From an uncultured Collinsella sp. (GTDB taxonomy: Bacteria; Actinomycetota; Coriobacteriia; Coriobacteriales; Coriobacteriaceae), in contig CABRIF010000001.1 in NCBI GenBank assembly GCA_902470925.1, forward strand, positions 5,753 through 69,752: a stretch of DNA of 64,000 nucleotides, written 5' to 3'. A program made the translations under genes and the position numbers. Below, one piece after another: positions 37,818 through 47,249 of the stretch; the stretch's first letter is position 1, and the number at the start of each line of letters is the position of its first letter. The notes beneath the pieces are model-generated. The model saw only the letters and a list, made by a program, of their open reading frames with translations, was not told the DNA's origin and made no database searches.

Positions 37818-40800
37818 ATGAAAGCACGATGTGTATTGAGGCGAGGGGTCGCTTCTGTTGCGGCCGCTGCGGCGTTTGTGACCCTCGCCGCGCTGCCGGC
37901 ACGCGCCGAAGCGGCACCTCAGCTTATTCCGGTTCCCAAGAGCGTGACGTACCAGGAGGGTACGCTCAGCCTGGGCGCGGTCGAGCTGGTGGGCACCGAT
38001 GTGGCCGATGCCGATGCGGTGCGCGTGGTCAAGGGCCTGCTGGCCGACGCGGGCGCAACCGTGACCGAGCGCACGGCCGCCGCGGGCGCCACGCCCGGCG
38101 CCACGGCCCTGTACCTGTCCGAAGCCGACGACGCCTGCGCCGCCCGCGACGCGGCTGCCGCGAGCCTGCAGCTCGCCGATGCCTCAAAACTCAAGGCCGA
38201 AGGCTATGTCTTGGGCGTTGACCCGGCGGCCAAGGCCGTGGTCCTCACCGGTCGCGACGGTGACGGCACCTTCTACGCCGCCCAAACGCTCGCGCAGCTC
38301 ATCGAGGGCGCAAATGTGCCGGCTGCGCGCATCGCCGACGAACCGCATCTGACGGTCCGCGGCGCCATCGAGGGGTTCTATGCGCGCGGCCAGGAGGACT
38401 GGTCGTGGGATGACCGCATGGAGCAGGTGCGCTTCTACGGGCAGACCAAGATGAACACCTATATCTACGCCCCGAAGGAGGATCCGTACCACCGCGATCA
38501 CTGGCGCGACCCGTACCCGGCCGACCAGATGGCGAAGATGCACGCCCTCATCCAGGAAGCCGCGCGCAACAAGGTGGACTTCGTGTTCGCGCTGTCCCCG
38601 GGCAACACGATCAACCTCACGAGCGACGCGGACTTCCAGGCGCTCACGAGCAAGTGCCAGGCGATGTACGACGAGGGCGTGCGCCACTTCGCCATCTTCT
38701 TCGACGACATCAAGAACAAGGACGGCGTGGGCCAGGCCGAGCTTCTGAACCGGTTCAACGCCGAGTTCATCAAGAAGCAGCCCGAGGCCTGCACGCTCGT
38801 GACGGTGCCTACCGAGTACGACTCCAACGCGATGTCGCTCGGCGACTCGCTCAAGGAGTACACGCAGGACTTCTCGACGACGATCGACGAGGACATCGAG
38901 GTGCTGTGGACGGGTAGCTCGGTGGTCCCCGACTCAATCAAGGCCTCGGATGCCGAGTTCGTCACCGACGTGTACGGCGACAGCGCCGGCATCTGGTGGA
39001 ACTACCCCACGAACGACTACCAGCTCGACAAGCTGGCCATGGGGCCGATCTACGGCATCGACAAGCAGGTGTTCGACAGCATCGACTACTTCGTGATGAA
39101 CCCCATGGGCCGCGCGAGCCTCTCCCGCGTCACGCTGGCCACAGGTGCCGACCTCTCGTGGAACACCGCCGCCTACGATGACGAGGCGTCGCTGAAGGCC
39201 TCGTGCGCGCTGAGCTACCCCGAGCTCGCGGATAGCGTCTATGCGCTCGCCATCAACTCCTCGCAGGTGTTCGGCAGTTCGTTCTCCTGCGGTCGCCCCG
39301 ATGCGCCCGAGATGCGCGCGCACGCCGACGCGGTGCTGAAGGCCGTGGCGAGCTCGGACGATCCGGCGAACGACCCGGCCGTGGCGGCCCTGCGTGCCGA
39401 CATGCAGTCGCTGATCGACGCCTCTGCCGCGCTCAAGGGCGGCGACTTCGACGCCATCTCCGCATTCACGGCCAAGCTCGGCCAGGTGGGCCGTGCGGGC
39501 AACCGCGCCATCGACCTGCTACTGGCAAAGGCCGCCGGCAACACCGCCGAGGTCGAGGCTATCACCGCCGAGCTCACCGGCACGCTGTCGCAGCTCAAGA
39601 GCGGCAAGCTGGTGTCCGACCGCTGCCTGGTGTATTTCGTCGAGGATGCCCTGGCCTACGAGACGGCCCCCGCTGCGAGCTTCGAGGTCGCTTCCTCGCT
39701 CGTGCAGAAGGGCACCGAGGTCACGTTCCATAACACGAGTTCGGTGTCGGCCGTTACGTACGAGTGGACCTTCCCGGGTGCCACGACCCTGCACTCCCAT
39801 GAGGCTGAGCCCACGGTGGTCTACGCCAAGCCCGGCCGCTACGATGTGACCCTGACGGTCCGCAACCGCTTCGGCGAGGATTCCGTCACCAAGAAGTCTG
39901 TCATCTACGTGGTCGACGCCATGCCCGAGACCATGGAGAACCTGGCGCTTGGCAAGAAGGCGACGGCCAACAAGATCACGAACAGCGCCGAGGGTGCGCC
40001 CAAGGCCGTTGACGGCGTGGTCCTGGGCAGCAAGTGGTGCGCTGAGGGCAACGGCGGCCATAACCTTACCGTTGACCTGGGTGCGGTCTACACCCTGTCG
40101 AGCTTCCGCGTGCAGCACGCCGAGGCCGGCGGCGAGGGCATGAGCGCCAACACGCGCGCCTTCACCATCTCGGTGAGCGAAGACGGTCAGAAGTTCACCG
40201 AGGTCGTCAACGTGGACGACAACACGCAGGCCATCAGCACGCATGCCATCACGCCGACGGCCGGGCGCTATGTGCGCCTGGATGTGGAGCAGTCCGTGCA
40301 GCCCGGCACGCAGTGGCCGGCCACGCGCATCTTCGAGTTCGAGGCCTACGGCATCACCGGCGACGTGTCCGACCTGCCCGTGTACGTGGCGCCGAAGGAC
40401 CAGGAGCTCACCGATGCCCTGGAGGATGCCACCAAGCTTGATGGCGCTTCCTATACCGCCGACAGCTGGGCCGCCTTCGAGACCGCCCGTGATGCCGCCC
40501 GCGCGCTGATGGAGCGCGGCGACAAGACGCAGGACGAGGTCGACGCGGCGCTCGCGGCGCTTGAGCAGGCCCGTGCCGCACTGGTGGAGGCCGACAGCGG
40601 CGCCCCGCTGATTCCGCTTGAGCCCTCGACGCCCGTCGATCCCGAAAAGCCCGAGCAGCCGGAGCAGCCTGAAAAGCCCGAGCAGCCCGAAAAGCCGGAG
40701 CAGCCCACTCCGGGCGGGGACGGCGGCGCCAAGCCGAGCATGCCGAGCGCCAAGCCCCAGCGTCCGGCCGCCAAGCCGAACGGCGTGCTGCCCGCAACCG

Positions 40801-40895
40801 GCGACGCCTCGGTGGTCGCCGTCGCGGCTGCCGGCGCTGCGGCGGTGGCGGCGCTGGGTGCTGCCGCCGTGGTTCGCACGCGTTCGAGCCGCTAG
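37818..40895 (+). CDS. Sortase-anchored GH84 beta-N-acetylglucosaminidase with PKD, F5/8C (CBM32-like) and FIVAR modules
   Basis: Signal peptide; RGAIEGFY, MNTYIYAPKEDPYHR, FAIFFDDI, WWNYP; PEKPEQ linker; LPATG + TM + basic tail. Confidence 0.92.
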   Translation: MKARCVLRRGVASVAAAAAFVTLAALPARAEAAPQLIPVPKSVTYQEGTLSLGAVELVGTDVADADAVRVVKGLLADAGATVTERTAAAGATPGATALYLSEADDACAARDAAAASLQLADASKLKAEGYVLGVDPAAKAVVLTGRDGDGTFYAAQTLAQLIEGANVPAARIADEPHLTVRGAIEGFYARGQEDWSWDDRMEQVRFYGQTKMNTYIYAPKEDPYHRDHWRDPYPADQMAKMHALIQEAARNKVDFVFALSPGNTINLTSDADFQALTSKCQAMYDEGVRHFAIFFDDIKNKDGVGQAELLNRFNAEFIKKQPEACTLVTVPTEYDSNAMSLGDSLKEYTQDFSTTIDEDIEVLWTGSSVVPDSIKASDAEFVTDVYGDSAGIWWNYPTNDYQLDKLAMGPIYGIDKQVFDSIDYFVMNPMGRASLSRVTLATGADLSWNTAAYDDEASLKASCALSYPELADSVYALAINSSQVFGSSFSCGRPDAPEMRAHADAVLKAVASSDDPANDPAVAALRADMQSLIDASAALKGGDFDAISAFTAKLGQVGRAGNRAIDLLLAKAAGNTAEVEAITAELTGTLSQLKSGKLVSDRCLVYFVEDALAYETAPAASFEVASSLVQKGTEVTFHNTSSVSAVTYEWTFPGATTLHSHEAEPTVVYAKPGRYDVTLTVRNRFGEDSVTKKSVIYVVDAMPETMENLALGKKATANKITNSAEGAPKAVDGVVLGSKWCAEGNGGHNLTVDLGAVYTLSSFRVQHAEAGGEGMSANTRAFTISVSEDGQKFTEVVNVDDNTQAISTHAITPTAGRYVRLDVEQSVQPGTQWPATRIFEFEAYGITGDVSDLPVYVAPKDQELTDALEDATKLDGASYTADSWAAFETARDAARALMERGDKTQDEVDAALAALEQARAALVEADSGAPLIPLEPSTPVDPEKPEQPEQPEKPEQPEKPEQPTPGGDGGAKPSMPSAKPQRPAAKPNGVLPATGDASVVAVAAAGAAAVAALGAAAVVRTRSSR

Positions 40896-40924
40896 GTTCG
40901 GGGCGATTCCCCTGCGCTGACGAG

Positions 40925-40953
40925 AAGGGCGGGCCTGCGGGCTCGCCCTTTTT
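40925..40953 (+). terminator. Intrinsic terminator
   Basis: aagggcgggcc..ggctcgcccttttt. Confidence 0.75.
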
Positions 40954-41002
40954 CATGCGGTGCTTGTCGTACTATGGTGAGAACCCGAAAGGAGCCGCCG
41001 CC

Positions 41003-41926
41003 ATGCCCATCCGCATACCCGACGCCCTGCCCGCCACCGCGGCGCTGGAGCGCGAGAACATCTTCGTCATGACGGAGTTCCGCGCGCTGCACCAGGACAT
41101 CCGTCCGCTGCGCGTGCTGATTCTGAACCTCATGCCCACCAAGATCGCCACCGAGACGCAGATCATGCGCAAGCTGGCGAACACGCCGCTGCAGATCGAG
41201 GTGGAGCTGCTGCGAACGCGCAGCCACGAGGCGCGCCATGTGTCGGCCGAGCACCTGGCAACGTTTTACCGCACCTTCGATGAGGTGCGTACGCAGCATT
41301 TCGACGGCCTGATCATCACGGGTGCCCCGGTGGAGCGCTTGGAGTTCGAGCAGGTGGATTACTGGGACGAACTCGTGCAGATCATGGCGTGGTCGACCAC
41401 GAACGTGCATTCCACGCTGCATATCTGCTGGGGCGCCCAGGCAGGGCTGTTCCATCATTACGGCATCGAGAAGCACGAGCTTGCCGCCAAGCTCTCCGGC
41501 GTGTACGAGCACGTGCTGGAGCGCCGCGATTCCCCGCTGGTGCGCGGCTTCGACGACCGCTTCTGGGCGGTGCATTCACGCTACACGGGGGTGGACGAGC
41601 AGGCGGTGCGCGCCTGCCCGGAGCTCGAGGTGGTGGCGTCATCTGCCGAAGCGGGCCTGTATGTGGTGAAGAGCGCCGGCAGCCGCCGGTTTTTCGTGTT
41701 CGGCCATCCCGAATACGATGCGGATACGCTCAAGCTCGAGTACGAGCGCGACGTGGCAGCGGGCATTTCGCCGGAGGTTCCGGTGAACTATTTCCCGCAC
41801 GACGACCCGACTCAGGCGCCGCGGTGCTGCTGGCGCGCGCAGGCGCAGCTGCTTTACACAAACTGGCTGAACTATTACGTGTACCAAACCACGCCGTATG
41901 ACGTGACCTGTGCCGGCGAGCGCTGA
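41003..41926 (+). CDS. metA: Homoserine O-acyltransferase MetA (probably acetyl-CoA specific)
   Basis: QDIRPL, LNLMP, DGLIITGAPVE, HICWGAQA, GHPEY, NWLNYYVYQ. Confidence 0.95.
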   Translation: MPIRIPDALPATAALERENIFVMTEFRALHQDIRPLRVLILNLMPTKIATETQIMRKLANTPLQIEVELLRTRSHEARHVSAEHLATFYRTFDEVRTQHFDGLIITGAPVERLEFEQVDYWDELVQIMAWSTTNVHSTLHICWGAQAGLFHHYGIEKHELAAKLSGVYEHVLERRDSPLVRGFDDRFWAVHSRYTGVDEQAVRACPELEVVASSAEAGLYVVKSAGSRRFFVFGHPEYDADTLKLEYERDVAAGISPEVPVNYFPHDDPTQAPRCCWRAQAQLLYTNWLNYYVYQTTPYDVTCAGER

Positions 41927-41946
41927 GGCGAGCTGGCAGGCGTGCG

Positions 41947-42936
41947 CTACGCGGTGATGATTTTCTCCAGGGGCACGTCGTGCGGCTCGCAGGGGACCTC
42001 GGTCACTTCCTGCTCGGCGTAGGCCACGCCCAGCACGCGGCAGTCCTCGCGGAGCTGGGGAAGGAAGCGGTCGTAGACGCCGCTGCCGTAGCCCAGGCGG
42101 CGCCCCTCGGCGTCGAAGGCGGCAATGGGCACCACGATCAGGTCAATCTCGGCGGGCGAGACCACCGGGAAACGCATGTCGTCCTTGGGCGGGACGCTGC
42201 CCTTGCTGCGCGAGGGGATGAACCGGCGCCCAGAGCCTACGGGCACGCTCGCGGTCATCTGGTGCTCCTCGGTCACGGCCGGGCCCCAGGGCTTGCGCGG
42301 ATCGACGATGAACGGCACGCCGCCGCTGATGTAGTTGGGGCAGGAAACCGAGCGCATGCACATGCCGCCGGAGGTGCGCTCGTTCGGCATCATGCAGGGG
42401 AACACGATGCGGTAACCGAAAGCGTAGGCGCCGCGGATGAAGCGGTCGAGGTCGACCTCGAAGCGCAGCGCCGCATAGACGGCGATGGTGGGCGGCTGGC
42501 CGGCGCGCCCCTTGAGGCGGCTGGCCTGCAGCTCGGAAAGCAGCTGGTTGCAGATGTCGCGCGAACGGTTGGAGCGCGTGGCGGGACGGAGCTGCTGCCG
42601 ACGGGTGAGCGCCTCGCGGCGGACGCCGGCCTTGAGCGAGGCGATGTCGAGCGGCTCGGGCGCGGCGGCATTGGCGGCATTGGCGGCGCGGGTTGCCTGG
42701 CCTTCGGCATCGGGCGCCTGGGCCGTGGCGGCGGGGACACTGGTCTTCTGGGATGACGGCGCCGCGCCCGCAACGGGCACGCCTGCATCCAGGGTGTCCT
42801 CAGCGAACAGATCGGCGTCGCTCGCCGCGGTGCGTGCGGCCTGAGTGCTGGATTTGGCCGCGGTGCGCCCTTTGGCAGACGAGGCGCGTTTGGCGGTAGA
42901 TTTCTTGGCGGTGCCCGGGTTCGATTGCGTGCTCAT
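41947..42936 (-). CDS. 5-formyltetrahydrofolate cyclo-ligase with low-complexity N-terminal extension
   Basis: KAGVRRE, IDLIVVP..AFD..GRRLGYGSGVYDRFL, EPHD. Confidence 0.88.
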   Translation of the reverse strand: MSTQSNPGTAKKSTAKRASSAKGRTAAKSSTQAARTAASDADLFAEDTLDAGVPVAGAAPSSQKTSVPAATAQAPDAEGQATRAANAANAAAPEPLDIASLKAGVRREALTRRQQLRPATRSNRSRDICNQLLSELQASRLKGRAGQPPTIAVYAALRFEVDLDRFIRGAYAFGYRIVFPCMMPNERTSGGMCMRSVSCPNYISGGVPFIVDPRKPWGPAVTEEHQMTASVPVGSGRRFIPSRSKGSVPPKDDMRFPVVSPAEIDLIVVPIAAFDAEGRRLGYGSGVYDRFLPQLREDCRVLGVAYAEQEVTEVPCEPHDVPLEKIITA

Positions 42937-43245
42937 GGTCTCACCGTTTCTCTTTGATGTTCGGCTTTTCATCCTACACCAACGCTCGCCTGGCGGGGAG
43001 CGTGAGCAGGGGTGCTCGCATGCGCGCGGGACGGTGTGAGGTGGCACGGGCGCAGGGTGCGCGCGGCGGCCTATCGCGGCATAGGCCGTGACGTGCCGGG
43101 AGATGCGATGGGCGCCGCCGTGGCCGGTGTGCCGAGGTGCGCGGCGGCGGTGGACGCAGGGCGCCCGGCGGGCGGCGCGGGACAGGGTGCTTTGAAGGGC
43201 GGCGTGGGGACGAGCCTCCTTGGGGGCGGTGCATCAGCTCGAGCT

Positions 43246-43767
43246 TCACGCGGTCGTGCCGAGGTGCGCGCACAGCGGCCGGTACGCACGCACGAGATCA
43301 TCGAGGCGCATCCGCGCGTTGGCACTGCTGGTGGATGGTAGGCTGAGCTGCTCGATGCCGCGCTGTTTCAGCAACTCACCGAAGAAGCGATGGCAGAGCG
43401 CGGACGCCTTGCCGCCCGTGGTGCATACGAGCTCGATCGGCGCGGCATCGAGGATGCGCGCGATGTCGTTGGGACGGGCGTCGTCGATGCTGGCGTCGCT
43501 CGCCCCGGCGATGGTGCACGAGGCGAGCACATCCCACAGGGCGATGCCGTGCGTGAGCAGGAAGGCGCGGCGCTCGTCAGGATGTACGAGCGCATGGTCG
43601 GGCAGGCAGAACAGGCGCTCCATCACACGCCAGAAGCGGTTGTGCGGATGCCCGTAGTAGAAGCCGACCTCACGGGAGACCGGGGAGGGCATGGTGCCCA
43701 GGATGAGCACCCGGGAGCGCTCGCTGAAGATCGGCTCCAGCGTATGGGTGACCAGATGGGTCTCCAT
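43246..43767 (-). CDS. UDG-superfamily DNA-deoxyinosine (hypoxanthine) glycosylase
   Basis: LILGTMPS, YYGHPHNRFW, LWDV, LPSTS.AN. Confidence 0.88.
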   Translation of the reverse strand: METHLVTHTLEPIFSERSRVLILGTMPSPVSREVGFYYGHPHNRFWRVMERLFCLPDHALVHPDERRAFLLTHGIALWDVLASCTIAGASDASIDDARPNDIARILDAAPIELVCTTGGKASALCHRFFGELLKQRGIEQLSLPSTSSANARMRLDDLVRAYRPLCAHLGTTA

Positions 43768-43980
43768 GCTCCTCCTTTCAGGCGCGCCCAGCAGGCGGCC
43801 GCAGGGCTGCGAGGTTGAGGCGACCGATGGCTGCAGGGGTTGCAGCGGCCGCTCGCATACAGCGTGGCCGCAGCCATCGGTTCGGGCGCGGTTGCGGCCC
43901 TGTATACGAGGCGGCGGCCGGCCCGCACGCGGCTTGCCCGCACGGGATGCGCTCCCCGGGCAAGCCGCGCAGGCGGCCGC

Positions 43981-46900
43981 TTACGCCAGCAGGTCGACGG
44001 GCACCAGGTCCGCATGGCTCGCTTCGATGATCTCGCGCCCGCCAAAGACGCACAGCGGCGCCTCGGCGGCAACGCGGCTGATGGTGGCGCCGAGGGCGCG
44101 CACCTGTTCGGGCGTGGTGGCCAGCAACTGCTCGCGCAGATGCTGCCGCCAGCCGGCGGGGCGCTTGGCGAAGAACTCGTTGTTCTGGCGCTTGGTGAGC
44201 GCATAGGGCTTGAGCGGGGTGTCGAACCCAGCGGCGCAGCTCACGATGAAGCCCTCGAAGGCCTCCTGATCGGGATCGAAGGAGGTCAGCCAGGAACCGG
44301 CACGGTCAATGCGGGCCAGCGACGGGTCGATCGCCGGGTCGCGGTAGGTGTAGAACGCCAGCTGACGGTCGATGGTGGCGCGGAAGCCGCAGCCGTAGGC
44401 GCCGCCCTTCACGCGGATCTCGTTCCACAGGTAGTCGTAGGACAGGACCTGTGACACCACGCTCCAGGTGCCGTCGGTGGCGATGTCGAGCCGGCGCGGA
44501 TCTATGGAGCGCGCAGCGAAGCACACGTCGCTGGGGATGATGAAGGCTTCGCGCCGCGCCTCGGGCATGGGCACGTAGAGCTCTTTGGCTGCCGCCGTGC
44601 GCGGGGTAAGGCCGAGGTTGCCGGCGCACTCCCAGAATCGCCGGTAGTCCTCGTCGGAGCCGGTGAAGCTCACATAGGTGCCCGTCGAGGTGAAGACGCG
44701 CTGCTGCAGCTCGCGCAAGGTGCGGCACAGTTCGTTCTTGCGCTCATCGAAGTGCTCGATGAGCTCGCGCAGGAAGCGGTAGAAGTCCACGCCCGCCAGC
44801 TGCTGGGACACCACGGCGGCCGGGGATGAATAGGAGTGCGCGCGTCCCAGGGCGGCGGCGTGGCCGGCGTTGAGGAACGACTGCTCCATCCCGATGCGCA
44901 TCTGCGTGAGGACGTCGCGCATGCGCTCGGTGTCCTCGAAGCGGGTGCGCGCCCACACCTCCTGCGGGATGCTGGCGGCAAAGGGAAGCTTCTCGCTCAG
45001 GGCGCCGGCGGCCACGGTGAGCATGGGGCGGGCCAGGCGCCAGTCGGGCTGGGCGATGACCTCGCATTGGAAGGAGAGGAAGCCGAGGTTGGAGCCGATA
45101 TAGCTGTCAAGCTCGGCGGCGCTGCGCCGATCGGTGGCGAGCTGCTGCATGAACACCGACAGCAGGCGGGCGTAGGGCAGCTCGGCATAGGAGAGGTGGG
45201 AGAGGTCGAAGTAGTAGAGGGCGTAGGCGAGCCGGTGGGTGGGGATGTCGTGCTTCAGGCAGGGCAGGGGCGTGGTGGTGTCCACGGTGAGGGCGGGCTC
45301 GGGGCGCGCCGGGCCGATGTCGGCCACGTGCAGGCGCGGCAGCGTGGCCGTGGCCTCGGGTGCGTCTTCGGCCTCCTGCTGGGCGCGCAGCGCCGCTTCG
45401 GCATCGACGATCGCCTGCAGGTCGGCCTTGCTGCAGGACGCCTGGTAGGCGGCGAGTTCAGCGGCCTCTCCGGCATCGCTGGCGGCAGCGTCTGCAGGCT
45501 CGGCAGGCGTGCCGGTGTCATCGGCCTCCGTGCCGGCTTCGGCCCGGCCGGCGGCGCTTTCAGCGCTCGTTGGGGCTGCGGCGCTGGTTTGGGGCGACCC
45601 GGCGGCGTCCCCATCTGCCTCGTTTGCTGCGACGCTCGTGGTATCCGGCTCGGGCACGAGCTCCACGAGCGCGTAGTGCTCGCTTTCCAGCACGACCTCG
45701 CGCAGCAGGTCCTCGAAATAGGTGCCCGCCAGCTCGCGGCGCAGCTCGGCGTAGACCGGGCCGTACTGCAGGGCGAGCGTGGCGGCGTCGTCGCTATACA
45801 GCCAGGTGCCGAGCGCGTCGCAGGCGATCGCCACGCCGTCGGCCACGCCGTAGTCGCGCTGGCGCAGGTCGTACTCCACGCTGGAGAGCACGGCCTCCAG
45901 GCGGTCGCGCGGAATGCCGGTTGCAACCAGGTCGCGGCAGGTGTCCTCGATGATGCGGCGCACGCGTTCGGCCGCCTCGGGCTGGGCGTTCTGCACCATG
46001 ATGAGCTCGTAGGGCTGCAGGCACGATCCGGAGGTGCTGTAGTTCGACACGTTGCCGCCCACACCGGCCTGCATCAGGGCCTTCTTGACGGGAGCCTCGT
46101 TGGAGCCCAGCAGGGCGTCGAACAGGATGTCGGCGGCGATCACGCGCTTGCGGTCGAGCGCCCCACCCAGCACGTATGCCATGCCCACCAGGGCGTTCTC
46201 GGGTGTGGTGCGCATGGAGACGCGCTGGTAGTCGCAGGCGACGGGCTGCTGCGGCACCAGGGGATTGGCCGGGCCCGCCCCCGCGCGCGAGGCGGCGTTC
46301 TCGCGGGAGAGGAACTCGGTGTCCAAAAACGTCAGGAACCGCTCGATGTCCAGGTTTCCATACAGGGTGATGTAGCTGTTGGCCAGGTTGTAATGGCGCG
46401 CGTGCGTGTCGAGGAACTGCTCGTAGGTGAGATGCGGGATGGCGCGGGGGTTGCCGCCCGACTCGAAGGCGTAGGCGGTGTCGGGGAACAGCGCGCGCAT
46501 GACGGCGTTGTCCAGAACGTCGGTCGGGTCGGACAGGGCGCCTTTCATCTCGTTGAACACCACGCCGTTGTAGCGCAGCGTGCCGTTGGCGAGCGCGCCG
46601 CCCTCGGGCACGTCGAGCTCGTAGTGCCAGCCCTCCTGCTCGAAGATGGAGCGCTTCGTGTAGATGGCGGGGTTGAGAACGGCGTCCATGTAGACGCTCG
46701 CGAGGTTCATGAGGTCCTGCTCATTGGTGGACGCAACCGGATAGACGGTTTTATCCGGGTAGGTCATGGCGTTCAGGAACGTCTGCATGGAGCTCTTGAT
46801 GAGGTCCACGAACGGCTCCTTGACCGGGTAGCGCTCCGACCCGCAGAGCACCGAGTGCTCCAGGATGTGGAAGACGCCCGTGTCGTCGGCGGGAGGGGTT

Positions 46901-47109
46901 TTAAAACCGATGGCGAAGGCCTTGTTCTCGTCCTCGCATGCCAGATACAGCAGGCGTGCGCCGGAGGCTGCGTGGGACAGCACGAAGGCGTCGGCGTCCA
47001 GCTCGTCGACGCGCTGATGGTCGCGGACGGTGAAGCCGGCGAGCGTGCTGCCGGTCTGCAGCATCTGGAGGGCGCGCTCGCGCACCGAGGCGGGGAATTG
47101 ATCAGACAT
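43981..47109 (-). CDS. M16C (insulinase/presequence protease-like) metallopeptidase
   Basis: HILEH inverted Zn motif, TFLNAMTYPDKTVYP, GVVFNEMKG, IRVKGGAYG, YRDP. Confidence 0.93.
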   Translation of the reverse strand: MSDQFPASVRERALQMLQTGSTLAGFTVRDHQRVDELDADAFVLSHAASGARLLYLACEDENKAFAIGFKTPPADDTGVFHILEHSVLCGSERYPVKEPFVDLIKSSMQTFLNAMTYPDKTVYPVASTNEQDLMNLASVYMDAVLNPAIYTKRSIFEQEGWHYELDVPEGGALANGTLRYNGVVFNEMKGALSDPTDVLDNAVMRALFPDTAYAFESGGNPRAIPHLTYEQFLDTHARHYNLANSYITLYGNLDIERFLTFLDTEFLSRENAASRAGAGPANPLVPQQPVACDYQRVSMRTTPENALVGMAYVLGGALDRKRVIAADILFDALLGSNEAPVKKALMQAGVGGNVSNYSTSGSCLQPYELIMVQNAQPEAAERVRRIIEDTCRDLVATGIPRDRLEAVLSSVEYDLRQRDYGVADGVAIACDALGTWLYSDDAATLALQYGPVYAELRRELAGTYFEDLLREVVLESEHYALVELVPEPDTTSVAANEADGDAAGSPQTSAAAPTSAESAAGRAEAGTEADDTGTPAEPADAAASDAGEAAELAAYQASCSKADLQAIVDAEAALRAQQEAEDAPEATATLPRLHVADIGPARPEPALTVDTTTPLPCLKHDIPTHRLAYALYYFDLSHLSYAELPYARLLSVFMQQLATDRRSAAELDSYIGSNLGFLSFQCEVIAQPDWRLARPMLTVAAGALSEKLPFAASIPQEVWARTRFEDTERMRDVLTQMRIGMEQSFLNAGHAAALGRAHSYSSPAAVVSQQLAGVDFYRFLRELIEHFDERKNELCRTLRELQQRVFTSTGTYVSFTGSDEDYRRFWECAGNLGLTPRTAAAKELYVPMPEARREAFIIPSDVCFAARSIDPRRLDIATDGTWSVVSQVLSYDYLWNEIRVKGGAYGCGFRATIDRQLAFYTYRDPAIDPSLARIDRAGSWLTSFDPDQEAFEGFIVSCAAGFDTPLKPYALTKRQNNEFFAKRPAGWRQHLREQLLATTPEQVRALGATISRVAAEAPLCVFGGREIIEASHADLVPVDLLA

Positions 47110-47249
47110 GGATGCTCCTTGTGCGGTCTGTCTGCGGATGTGTGTCGTGCTGAAAAGTATACCCACCCGCGGGGACAAGATTTATATGTCTGCACGGGGG
47201 CCTAGGATGGGTACAGAACAGATGCTTTGGCGGGAAGGATGGGAGCACA

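Noticed and set aside
42937..43245. 6S RNA upstream of 5-FCL (proteobacterial synteny)
   Set aside because: No recognisable rod structure or conserved 6S motifs by eye.
47215..47228. SOS box upstream of the NERD gene
   Set aside because: GAACAGATGCTT has two mismatches in the right half-site.
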